Shown one piece after another: positions 50,761 to 61,246 of a stretch of DNA of 64,000 nt (position 1 is its first letter; each line of letters starts with the position of its first letter). The stretch is from positions 22,754,001 through 22,818,000 of the forward strand of contig CM119381.1 of NCBI GenBank assembly GCA_051294905.1, read 5' to 3'. The notes beneath the pieces were generated by a model that was not told the DNA's origin, did no database searches, and saw only the letters and a program-made list of their open reading frames with translations. The DNA is from Botryllus schlosseri. Lineage: Eukaryota. The translations under genes were made by a program, and so were the position numbers.

Positions 50761-52904
50761 TCAGCGGATAGTCCTAGTTTTCTAGGAACAGTCCGCCTTG
50801 ACGTGGCGTAACATATTCCCGCAGGAGTCAGCGGTTTCTGTCGCATGACTCGGCCTAGCGTGCCGTGACGTACGCGCGCTGTTGCGCATTTTAAGCCTTG
50901 GCGACGTAATTCCGTGACATGACCGGGGTCGGTCAGTAAGGTCGAGTGACTTGATTGATATTTCATTTCCGCGGTTTTGCAGACGTTGCAAAACGTTGGT
51001 AAATGATGGCGGAAACTGCTCGCCGAGTGCGAGTGCTTCTCGGTAGAACACGGTCGTTCCTGCAACTACAATCTACTCGAGACCGTGGAAAATGCATTCC
51101 CGACGCGTCATAATGCATTGTCACGATGTCTCTTCGATTGTTGCAACTGCTGTATCCGGTTAGGTATCCGGTACTATACGCGTCTCTTTTTGCACCCTTG
51201 AGCAAAGGCCGTTGTGCGTGACAGCCTTACTCACTGCGGCTTGTAACCAGGGCCGGGAAAAATGGATTACCGGAGTGCAGAGTTTACACTATAACATTTT
51301 CAGCCTTTCCAAATTACAGTACAATTAGAATTATAGCTGCACATTTTATTTTCCAATTAGATTAGAATTAGAATCAGTGAATTTGCAAAAATTGAAGGAC
51401 AAAAGCTCATATCAAATCAGTTAATTCTCATAAGCATGTGAATGGCAAATACATAATATATACACCAAACTTGGCTCGTTTCGCGCAATACTGTTTTTCT
51501 GTAGCGTTTTCGGGCAAATCAGAAACCAGATTAAAATTAATATTAAAGCAACTTGAGTTATTTAGGTCCCCAAGTCTGTGTGATTCGATACCGGTATAAG
51601 CACTGGAATCATTGTGGCGAGCCATACTTCACAAGTGAAAGCAATAGTGTACTATTGTAGTCAATTAGATTTTTACTCCAAAAGAGACACAGGCAACCTA
51701 ATTAGACTCAATAAATACCAGCAACAGTCTAATTTTCTGCCCTTATTGATGCGTGGATTGAGAGATTTCTGACCGCATCTTTGATATTCGGCATTGTTTT
51801 GATTCGTGACGTGTGTCACTTCTATTCTGGCAGGTAGCAGTAAGCACCGCCAATGCCTGGCACGACTCGTATCCTGCGTTTTCACGTTTCAAATCAAATC
51901 GTTTGTCGATCGTGTTTGCGTTCGATATTTACGCCGGTTAGGAAGCTAATTGATACGATATTGTTGCGTCACTGTGTATATCGCGGTTGGTGTTATTGCG
52001 TCTTTTTCTGTGCGTCGAGCGCGTTATTGATAAGTGCGTGCTGATTGCAGGCTGCTTTCTAGCTGTTGCGAAGACACAATGTTAACACACAACACTTTAC
52101 AACGCTCCTGCAGATTTCTGAATCACCCTTGCAGCAATGTAATTTCGTGACTTTGAAATCTCAAGTCGAGTTTGTCTTCATGTGCGAGTTTTAGGTGGAA
52201 AATACAGGGCTTTGGAAGGCATTCTCTCGTGTGAATATTAAAGGTAACGACCAAATTCGTGATTCGGACATCAGTCATGTGAATCTTACCTGGCAGGTTT
52301 CAATTATTTTACATATTTGCGTGCTGACGCTGTACACAAGCTCGTATACGAATTTGATACGGAAATGGCAAGTTTTGGGACCGATTCTATCGTAACGGCC
52401 AAATCCACGGCCCGGACGTCGGTAATTGTAATCTGAGCCGACAGGTTTCAGTAATTATTTTACACACTTGTGCGCTGACGCTGTATACACGCTCTCTTAC
52501 GTTTTTTTGCTTTAAAATGCGTGAAGCATGCACGCATTGGTGATAAGTTGATTACTTGCAAATCGCGATATGCCAATCGACGCTGCGCGTGGTAGCTATT
52601 TTAAACGCGAAACTTTCGCTGATGTCGCGTGCGTTGTAGCAATAAAGCGAACGGATCACTTGTCATTAGTACTTGTGTTAGAGGTGGTTCAGGTGTGTTT
52701 TGCTAAGCTCGATATCACCTGTTAGGATTGTTTCGTGGTACACTCCGGTTTAGGCCTTTAACTGATTAGGTTGCAATTCTCTTTCTCTATCTCATTGACA
52801 GCAAGCGCGAATTTCCCTTGACTTCTAGATAGCGGGAAAAAGAATACCAGTATCAGTATGACCGTGTTTTATGGACAATTATGTGTCCCGGCGTGGCTGG
52901 ACAA

Positions 52905-53070
52905 CTAGAAAATTTTCAGTGTTACAAATTAGATTAAAATTAGAATTACAGTTTTTAGATTAGAATTAAAATTAGAGCAAATAAACATTTCACAAATTAG
53001 ATTAGAATTAGATTACCGCGAATTCGCTCTAATTAATCTAATTTATTCAACTAGAATTACTTGCAAGTCT
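52905..53070 (+). repeat. Interspersed repeat with an (ATTAGA)n core; relatives at about 3045-3200, 10545-10700, 29640-29700, 51320-51400 and 56310-56450
   Basis: Shared caactagaaaatttt head and attagaattag / gaattcgc body. Confidence 0.6.
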
Positions 53071-53982
53071 GGTATCGAGCAACGGATTGCCGATAATGGG
53101 AATTACTGTGACCGGGGCTTACGATATCGCAGGCTCCGCTGTGACCATGTGGCCAACTTATTTCGCCAAAAAATTAGAACTTAGCTCTGCTAAAAATGAA
53201 AAATCCGGGGTAAATGGCGTCTTGCAGCAAAGTAGATTTTTGACTTGTAAATCACACTCACACGGAGAGGAGAATCCCGATATTTACGTTCCGCGTCCCC
53301 TGCGACTGTGTAAACACGCAGCTAACCCGAGGGTACGACCGCGCGCGTCATCGGCTTAGCTCTTTATCTGCGTCAAGTCCCATTTGAAAGCTCTCAAATC
53401 CGATTTCGCGATTCGCTATTCACGACACGACTTGAAATTAGTCACGCCGATGGCTCCGTAACCGCGAGACACGCGGCCGATCGCGTGTGACGTAACAATA
53501 GCGTCTATAGATGAATTTTTAATTCGGGTTGCGCGATTCAATATCATTATCAATGATAGCTAGTCTATGACATAATGCACATATCACTGCGAGTGTCTTA
53601 TTGTTTATTTTTATGCAACCGCAGATCTTACATTACGTATATCGTGGTTATTGCTAGTCGTCATACGCTGATATAACATATTCCTGTGCACGATAGACAA
53701 TGGAACTTTTATGTCATAAATGCCACGTTATCGCAATCATTTTGTGCGATTGAGTTCGCAGAAACGCGCGTGTAGAACCGCCAAGAATATACTATACTAT
53801 GTTATTCAATAGTATATTCAAACTCATATTGAAATGATATCAAATATATTCACAACTAAGGCACAATGGCAAAATATGTGTTCGCTCTTAGGCCAGTCCA
53901 ATCACGTGTAACAGAAACAGACTTTATAATATAGCTTATGACGCGGAATCCCCTTGTACTGATCACATGGTTTTAATTGCAG

Positions 53983-54055
53983 GCTCGGCATGACCGTGAC
54001 TTCAACTCCCCATGCGGACGATGACGATCGCGCCGCTGTGCGCAGAGCGAAAAAG
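53983..54055 (+). CDS. Tentative upstream exon of TALPID3 (LGMTVTSTPHADDDDRAAVRRAKK)
   Basis: Good acceptor ttttaattgcag, weak donor AAG|gtcgga, and a phase-0 end compatible with the next exon. No recalled homology. Confidence 0.35.
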
Positions 54056-54234
54056 GTCGGATTCGAATCGTGTCGTAATAGCAGACTCGCTAATCTGTGT
54101 TTTGGAAACGTATGTAGCGCCAACTAACTAACGATTTTTGTAGAGCGCGAGAGAAGAGGCGGAGAGACTGGAAATTATGAAGAGATTCCCCGGGTCGATT
54201 CATGATTATATGGTAAGCGTACTTGTGTAGTTGA

Positions 54235-54492
54235 AGAGCTTCTTTGAGGTACAGTACTTCAATATACAATTGATTAGTATATTCATATTGAAACGGACCC
54301 GAATATTTTCGCCTGACACTCGTCAGCGGTCATCGTCAGCAACGGGTAGAGAATTGGAACATGGTAATTCACCGTCACCGGCATGCAATTTCGAATAATC
54401 GGGGCGAAGAGAGAGCTTAAGCTCAATGCACTATTATTTTTCGAAATTTCATGCCGGTGACGTCATATTTTGTGATACGATTGTTGATATAC
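54235..54492. repeat. Long Penelope pseudo-LTR (-) followed by a re-inverted (+) segment
   Basis: The - copy runs to gcttaagctcaatgcacta, then ttcgaaatttcatgccggtgacgtcatattttgtgatacg follows in + sense. Confidence 0.78.
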
Positions 54493-55142
54493 GAATACAA
54501 TGCAACGCAAAATGACTCTTGACAACTAGACTAGGAAGAATCGTCGAAAACACATTCATACCGTGATACAACGACTCTATCGCTCAGCTGTCATGAAAAC
54601 ATTACGCGTAAAGCGATGCAAACGAAGGTATTCCTTTTGCACAGCACCCAAAGCATATTTTGCATAATCTTTGCACCAACTCAAACAGTTTTGATTTTGG
54701 ATTACTTCTAATTCTACAGATTTCAGCTTTAGGCAAAATTGGGCCTAGAATAATTTCTTCCTCTACGTTCTCGGGAATCGCTAGTTCTATTTGTATATAT
54801 TTGTATTTCTACTTATTCACGACGACTTTTGTACCAATGACTGTTTTGAATTGGTCCACCCGTTCAAAATCTGATCAAAATCTGCTTCTGGGGCGTTTCG
54901 CAGAAAAGAATTACCTCTTACGAGAATCCAAAGAGGTTTTGATGCTAATGTATCGTTGCGAATCGACTAATATCTCGTGAACACTCAGACTGTTGATATC
55001 GCCGTTTCGAATTGATTTATGACGGGATAATTTAAAACCCATATAGTAACACCTCAAGTTACAATCCAGATATGAATCTCGCCTAATGCCTAGTTGACAC
55101 AGATGCCTCAAAGTCTGTCGATGTCATATAACCCTTTCCCAG

Positions 55143-55366
55143 CTGCCGGAGGCGGTATCCGGGTGCGACCGCGGCGTATCCGGTAAGATCCTGCAGCACG
55201 CCCCGGACACGCCCCTCGACTCTATATGGAGCGACTTGAAGGAATTGCAGACGCGCAGGAAGATTTTAGACGCGAATCTGGCCATAGTGGAAAGGGGCCG
55301 CGGCGGGGAGGATATAGCGGCCGCCGTGGAGTATGACTTGTTGTTGAGTCATCCAGAGATTGATCC
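55143..55366 (+). CDS. KIAA0586: TALPID3 exon, conserved coiled-coil region
   Basis: tttcccag acceptor, CC|gtgagt donor (end coordinate approximate to a few nt). LKELQTRRKILDANLAIVERGRGG resembles vertebrate [24 protein letters not shown]. Confidence 0.75.
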
Positions 55367-55957
55367 GTGAGTCCGATTTGAAATACGTTGACTTTCGAGA
55401 AAATTTATAATTTTTTAATATCGAATATATAAAGCGAAGCTTTTCGAGGCGTACGCACGCAATAATGCCTACGACAAGTTAAACTTGGTTACTGTCCACT
55501 ACGCATGAGCCGACCGACGCCTATGACGTCAGAACGTCCGAATTCGTCGAAATTCGCGGCGAAAAGGCGTTTCGCTTCCTGTAATTCGACCCCGTCTAGA
55601 ATGAATCGACGCAGGCTTTGTTATTGCAATAAGCACCGCGATAATTGCCGACGTCGAGAATGTTCTGCAGATTTTTATGTTTGTCAAACGCTCGTTAGCC
55701 GCATGTGAGTCACAAAGCAAGCCTGCGTGTCGCTTTCACCTTGCGTAATATTACCAATATTCAAAGCTTCCATTCGGCTAACGTCTAGGTATCGTGCATA
55801 CGCGTATTTCAATCTACTCGCCGAGCTCAGCAAAGGCAGTCTTGTGCCGCGAAATCACGGATTTCAAATTATGCAACACTGTCTATCCGTACGCGCGTTC
55901 GCGTGCCACACCAGTACGGTCACGTGTCGATCATTATCCCGCGTTTTTTTCATCCAG

Positions 55958-56030
55958 AGCCAAGGCAGAGGAGCTGCGCGTGAAGAAAATGGTGGACGAT
56001 CAGATAAAGAGCCTGCAACAGCGTCCTGCG
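55958..56030 (+). CDS. KIAA0586: TALPID3 exon
   Basis: tttttttcatccag acceptor, gtaata donor. EELRVKKMVDDQIKSL resembles EKIRIRKTVDEWIKTI; phase 2 in, phase 0 out. Confidence 0.8.
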
Positions 56031-56100
56031 GTAATAAAATCTCACCTCTCACCGCGCGACACCGCATGACATTGCAGCTCGCTTGTTATTTGTTCCGCAG

Positions 56101-56248
56101 GCCGATACCATCTGCGGTCCGCCCGGTGTAGCCGGCGTTCGCAAGGCTGAAAGGTCAAAGGTCGGCGGGAAGAAAAGCCGCTTGCCAGCTGCGATGACTC
56201 AGCGAGCGGAGAAAGGCGGCAAAAAGCCGGCAGCGCAGGCCAAACTGA
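56101..56248 (+). CDS. KIAA0586: TALPID3 exon (basic low-complexity linker) after a 70-nt intron
   Basis: ttgttccgcag acceptor; donor GA|gtatga gives phase 1, matching the next exon. ADTICGPPGVAGVRKAERSKVGGKK... Confidence 0.65.
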
Positions 56249-56754
56249 GTATGACCGAGATTTAGTGATGGCTGTGTTTGTAAGGACATAATTTCGCACA
56301 CGGGTGGAGACTAGAGCAGCTAGAAAATTTTCAGAATTCCAAATTAGATTGTATTTTGAATAATAGCTACACAATCTTTTCCATATCATATTGGAATTAG
56401 AACCACTGATTTCGCTAAAACTTGAATGCTGAAACCAATTTCTAATTAGCAAGAAAAACAACAAAAAATCACGTTGTATTCGTAGCAAATCACAGTTTAT
56501 TGTCATGAGCATGAAGAAGGCAAATGTCTGCACGCCAAACTTGACTTGTTTCTCACTATACAGTTCTCCTGTAGCATTTTCAGGAAAAGCAGAAATGAGA
56601 TTGTAATTAAAATTTGACCATAGAAACGATCATCAATCAGTCATCATCATCAATCGGACAATCATTGAGCACTCAAGTTTGAGTTAAAAACAAATTCGCC
56701 GCTTCGCCTAATGTCGCTGAATCCGTGTCCATGTTTAATCCCTCGATTTTGCAG

Positions 56755-56955
56755 CGCAAAAGACCAGGCCACGCGACCCGCGCTCCGACTCGGAAGACAT
56801 CTTTTGCCCTGACACCGAGGACTTCGTGACCCGGGTCTACGGGAAGGCCGAATATCAGCCGCGCCGGACCACGGTCCACAACCCCTACTTTCACGTGAAG
56901 TCTCCTGTGAAGAAACCTACCTTCCGAAAGAAGAAGGCAGTCGAAATAGTGAAAG
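56755..56955 (+). CDS. KIAA0586: TALPID3 exon
   Basis: ttttgcag acceptor, G|gtgctg donor. TEDFVTRVYGKAEYQPRRTTVHNPYFHVKSP resembles [32 protein letters not shown]. Confidence 0.88.
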
Positions 56956-57321
56956 GTGCTGGAAATTGGATAGTCATTGTTAACCAGAACGGGTTAAAAT
57001 GATAGATTTAGCCAGGATGAGAATTTGAGAAGGGCTGATGAAACTTTTTTCAACTAGCCAGTGAAATTGAGTATAAAAAAGTTATTTTTGAACAGTCCTA
57101 CTCAACACACACTATACGTGAGAGCATTTTGAGAAGGCAAATACTTGGAAAAATCTACCTGAACATTTCGTTAGTCCCTCGTACTCTACAATTACTATGC
57201 TCCTATCTTGGACATTGTACCTTTTGTTACTTCACGACCGACTCAAGCAGCGTATCTTTTTACTGATTTTTTGATATTATTATTTTATTTTTTCAACAAT
57301 TTTGTTTTCATCTCTTCACAG

Positions 57322-57648
57322 CAAGCATGGTGAAATCGGCCAGGACCCAGACATCCCCTACTGTCCAGTCGCCCCAACCCCAGTACTATTTCACCCCCAC
57401 TTCGTCCCCAGTCCGTCCGCCCATTTCGACCAGCCCCACCCCGGGGCAGTTGATACCCATGGCCGTTCCGTTGGGACCGCCCGTCATATCAAACGCTCCC
57501 GACCCCACCCCGGTTGTTATCCATCAAACTGACCCGGCTTACACTACTTTCGTGGTGGACACACCCAAGCAAAGGAAGATAAGGATCTACAACCCTGCTG
57601 ATGCGTCGCACACAAGAAAACCGAACACAGCAGTCATATCAGTTCGAG
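57322..57648 (+). CDS. KIAA0586: TALPID3 exon
   Basis: tctcttcacag acceptor, G|gtaggc donor. VKSARTQT, GQLIPMAVPLG and RKPNTAVI match VKSIRTQT, GHLIPMAILLG and KKPNIAIV. Confidence 0.9.
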
Positions 57649-57836
57649 GTAGGCTTATGCAATTAATGCATTATTATACAACAACACAATTTTTTAAAGG
57701 CATTTATTTAAAATGCAACCCTACCTGTAGTATTTAAAATTACGTTTTCGATAAATATAAATACATTAAATCAAGGCGCGACATCATTTGATATTTATCA
57801 CGCAAATATAGAATAGGCGAGGTGCCTTCTGTTCAG

Positions 57837-57997
57837 GCGAGGACGGTCCTGACCTGAGCGTTCACAAGATGGATAACATCGACATCGACACCCCTGAAGT
57901 AAGCGAAATGACAGAGGTCAAAGAAATCTACTCTCCCGTCAGAGACACGGTGCCCGGGTCGAGACCAGTACTGAAACACGACAAGGACGAATCGGAA
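57837..57997 (+). CDS. KIAA0586: TALPID3 exon
   Basis: ccttctgttcag acceptor, GAA|gtaagt donor. DGPDLSVHKMDNIDID resembles DPPQLTVQVLPSVDID; phases are consistent. Confidence 0.8.
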
Positions 57998-58229
57998 GTA
58001 AGTTTTCAACCTGCGATACGCACATATTGGGAATTTGAGAAATATTGTAATGGACCGATACCGCAAAATGTCTTCTTGTTCGGCGTGGTAATTGATTTGA
58101 CACCGATTGGGCTCAATATAGAGAGGCTTGGAACTGAATAAACCTATCACTGACTACGACTGTTTATTGCCTTATTTTTGTGACTTTCATATGATCGGTT
58201 GACATTGAACCTGCAACGCTTGACCATGG

Positions 58230-58415
58230 GGTTGAAGTTTAAGTTTGGGTGGATTATTGTTAGAGTTAAAGCCAGGGTTACAGTTAGGGTTAGGCAAGGG
58301 TTAATTTTTGGGTTACGGGAAAAGGGTAATTTTGGATATGTGTTGGGATTAGAGACAGTTTTGGGGATACAAGTGTAAGTTTTGGGGTTAGGGTTGGGAT
58401 TACGTTTAGTTTAGG
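58230..58415 (+). repeat. Degenerate (TTAGGG)-like tract; others at about 12505-12565 (+), 13045-13105 (-), 28748-28765 and 42150-42170
   Basis: ttagggttaggcaagggttaatttttgggttacggg...ttggggttagggttggg. Confidence 0.65.
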
Positions 58416-58609
58416 TCACATGGTGTAGTGTCGCATTTTCGAATGTCTGGCAACCCTTTTATCTATATCATCGCGACCGCATAACAGTATCGGCATCTGT
58501 GTTACTAAAATATCGGTATCGGACAGAAGTTTTAATATCCCTCGCTGTATGGTGTGACGGGCTATTGAGTCGCGAGAAATCATTCACTTCAACCTGGCCG
58601 TTTCTTCAG

Positions 58610-58770
58610 GGTAGCGACGCGAGCCTCCATATCGAGCTACGGGGTGCGGCTAACAGCGGGGTCCCTCTGGACTACCACGGCCCCAGTTTCCCGCCCGCGC
58701 GCCCGCAGGGACGCGAGCTGAACGCTGACGACATCGCGGACGAAATCGACAAACATGAGCTGGAGCAAGA
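58610..58770 (+). CDS. KIAA0586: TALPID3 exon
   Basis: tttcttcag acceptor, GA|gtgagt donor. DYHGPSFPP resembles KYNGPPFPP. Confidence 0.85.
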
Positions 58771-59082
58771 GTGAGTTTAGGGCCGGATTATATCGTCACG
58801 CCCAGAATTCTGTTATCAGCAGTAGAACTGTAGAACTATACACAAGTCGTGTGTATGTCGCCGATTTTCATCATAGCGCCGTCTTCAGGTGGCGCACGAC
58901 AGCAGAACCTACCCCCTTGGTATATATCTCCGTAGGAACTAGGAAACGGTGTATTTGACTAATTTCCACTCACGGGAATATGGGTGAAAGCATACTTTGG
59001 TACTTTTGCAACCTACGCTATAGTGTAAATATTTAAATACACCTATGTATCATATTTATCATACCGTGTATTTAGAGAGTAA

Positions 59083-59497
59083 AACTCTCAGCGAAAAGAA
59101 TGTATTCACACTACAAAAGATGCTGATCGATCAAAGGCCATTAATTCTGCCATCGGCAAACATCTGTTGGATAATCCGATTTGTGCGAATAATTATCGAG
59201 ACGACCGATTTCGAATCGTAGGTCGAGGCCGTTCACAATTCCATTTGTGTGCCTTGGAATCAACTTTTATCAAAATACACCAACCAAAACTCTGTCAACA
59301 AAAGGAGTTCGTGTATCACCTAAAAATAATACACTGAACGCTCTCTCATTCGAAATTTCATGCTGGTGACGTCATATTTTGTGATACGATTGTTGATATA
59401 CAATGTTCTTTCCAATTCTCTTCTAGTTGCTGACGATTACCCCTGACGAGTGTCAGCCGAAAATATTCGGGTTCATTTCAATATGAATATACTATTT
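59083..59497 (+). mobile_element. 5'-truncated Penelope-like element: open GIY-YIG C-terminus (59083-59337) plus 3' pseudo-LTR with hammerhead, inside a TALPID3 intron
   Basis: ATG-less frame reads INSAIGKHLLDNPICANNYRDDRFRIVGRGRSQFHLCALESTFIKIHQPKLCQQKEFVYHLKIIH*, the typical PLE endonuclease end. It runs directly into the abundant repeat. Confidence 0.88.
59439..59472 (+). ncRNA. Minimal type-I hammerhead ribozyme (family 1), intact core; predicted cleavage after C59468
   Basis: ACCC-CUGACGA-G(UGUCAGC)C-GAAA-AUAU-UC-GGGU: full catalytic core, 4-bp stem I, 1-bp stem II, palindromic AAUAUU stem III. Confidence 0.8.
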
Positions 59498-59731
59498 AAC
59501 TACAAAAGGTGGTACTCGAAAACAGCCTACCACACCCCACGGGTGTGTATGATCAGAATCCACCCTAGCATATTGCGAAGATATTGTGATGTTAAATGGA
59601 GAATTAAGAATAGCAGTGCTTTCCCTTCGACAATTTAGTGTAGTTGAGTTCTGTTAGTGAAATATTCTCTGTAGATTTCTCTCTCTCTCTCCCCCACCGA
59701 ATGTTGCTTAGAATTCGGGACATATTTTCAG

Positions 59732-59844
59732 GACGGTTCGATGGGTGGAACAGGAGATACTGGCCAGAATTCTATCGGAGCTGCACCCGCCCGGCTCGCA
59801 CGACATCAGAGACTCGGGGCCGGTCCAAAGCCCGAGCGACCCAG
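59732..59844 (+). CDS. KIAA0586: TALPID3 exon
   Basis: attttcag acceptor, G|gttagg donor. TVRWVEQEILARILS resembles LIQWVEQEIMSRIIS. Confidence 0.9.
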
Positions 59845-60070
59845 GTTAGGCTATTTCTTGGTTGACTTACGTGACGTCCGTGGTCACAGTATATTTGGAC
59901 GGATAATGTTAGCGATAGAAAAATAGCCCCTGGGTTGTTAATATTTTTGGTTGGCCTATCGTTTTCATGTTCTACAATTTATATTTTCGCCATCGTGACT
60001 TCACTGCCCGCGTATTCCACGGCTGGATTTACAATGAACATACTCGCTCAGGTCACTGTTATTGATGCAG

Positions 60071-60659
60071 GTGCTTTGAATCCGGAGAGCTTGCAGCTTT
60101 ACGTGGACGCTGGCCTGCCAGTAGACGACGCAACGATAAACAGACTCGTGGAAGAGGAATTGACTCGAATCTTGAGAGAGATGATAAAACGACCCGCACA
60201 AGACCAAAACCCGCCCAGACCCAAAACGCCGGTACCCAAGACCCGACCCCCGAAAACTCCCTCTCACCAAGTACCCACCCCGTTACCCACTCCAGATCCC
60301 AGCCCTTGCGCTAGCGTATCAGAACAACCCCACTTGCACACCCCATCTTTAACCCCCGATTCTTCAATGGCCGAGTCGCTACCCGTAAAAGACCCATCTC
60401 CAGCCCCAAGTCCGGAAGCCCGAGCTCCATCCCCGGAAGTGGATTCCCCTCCCAAAACCCCAGAAGAAGTGACCCTCGTAGAAACCCCGTGTGCCACCCC
60501 GCCTAGTACCCCGAAACCGGAACCGGCGGAGCCCCGCACCCCGGTTTTGTCTGTTAAGTCCGTATCGCCTCCTGTTACCCCAAAAAGGGTTCTGCCGGAC
60601 CCTTGGGGCGATGCGCAGTTTCCATTGCCTGAAGAGATGTGTGCTCCCAAGCCTCCAAG
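60071..60659 (+). CDS. KIAA0586: TALPID3 Pro/Thr/Ser-rich exon
   Basis: SLQLYVDAGLPVDDATINRLVEEEL resembles [25 protein letters not shown]; also TPLPTP and PWGDAQFPLPEE (vertebrate PWGDGDLPLEEE). gatgcag acceptor, AG|gtacga donor. Confidence 0.9.
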
Positions 60660-61019
60660 GTACGATTTTTTACAAGTGTCCGTTAATATTATGAAATTCC
60701 TCACTTTATATATACTATATTTATACCTTTTATACAGCCGCGTAGTCAGGGGGTTAGGGTTCGAACCCCTCCTTTTCAAACTCGAAACCCCGTCCTTTTG
60801 AAATGGCCATTTTATTTTGAATATGCAATTTACAATTCAGTAATTCGCATCATCGGTGTTGGCGAGGACAATTAAGGAGAAGCGTGTTGCCAATTAGCGA
60901 GAATCGTCTGTGAACATTGAACAATGGCGAGCGTTCTCCCGCTGAGGTTGTTTTTCATTGAATTAGAAAGTGAGCGTTCGCGCAATTGTCGCCGGCTTGA
61001 TTTTTCGCGTCCGCGACAG

Positions 61020-61246
61020 ACCTGGTGCGCAAGATATCATGGCCTGATTTATCACATCTACAACAGACCTAGTTCCGCTGGCCTGAACAATAGCATCTGC
61101 AACAGGCCTGATGCTTTTTATATCATTGATGGCCTGAACATTGAACAATCGCATCTCCAATAGGCCTGGTTCGCAAGATATCATGGGCTGATTTATCGAA
61201 TCTGCAACAGGCCTGGTTCCGCTGGCCTGAACAATCGCATCTGCAC
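61020..61246 (+). repeat. Minisatellite with a duplicated higher-order unit of about 82 bp
   Basis: cctggt(g/t)cgcaagatatcatgg...ccgctggcctgaacaat(a/c)gcatctgca at about 61020-61101 and 61164-61246. Confidence 0.75.

Noticed and set aside
50970-51035. C1-domain-like spacing H-x12-C-x2-C (HSASSFRHHLPTFCNVC) in ORF 50754-51065 (-)
   Set aside because: The remaining Cys/His ligands are absent and there is no good donor after the motif; probably chance.
56565-57105. MITE capturing TALPID3 exon 56755-56955
   Set aside because: A right TIR remnant is present at about 57050-57100, but the left-side motifs are in inconsistent orientation and there is no left TIR.
59935-60070. 5' part of the 288-aa ORF 59935-60801 with a hydrophobic signal-like start
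   Set aside because: Intronic read-through; TALPID3 homology and splice phase define the exon as 60071-60659.
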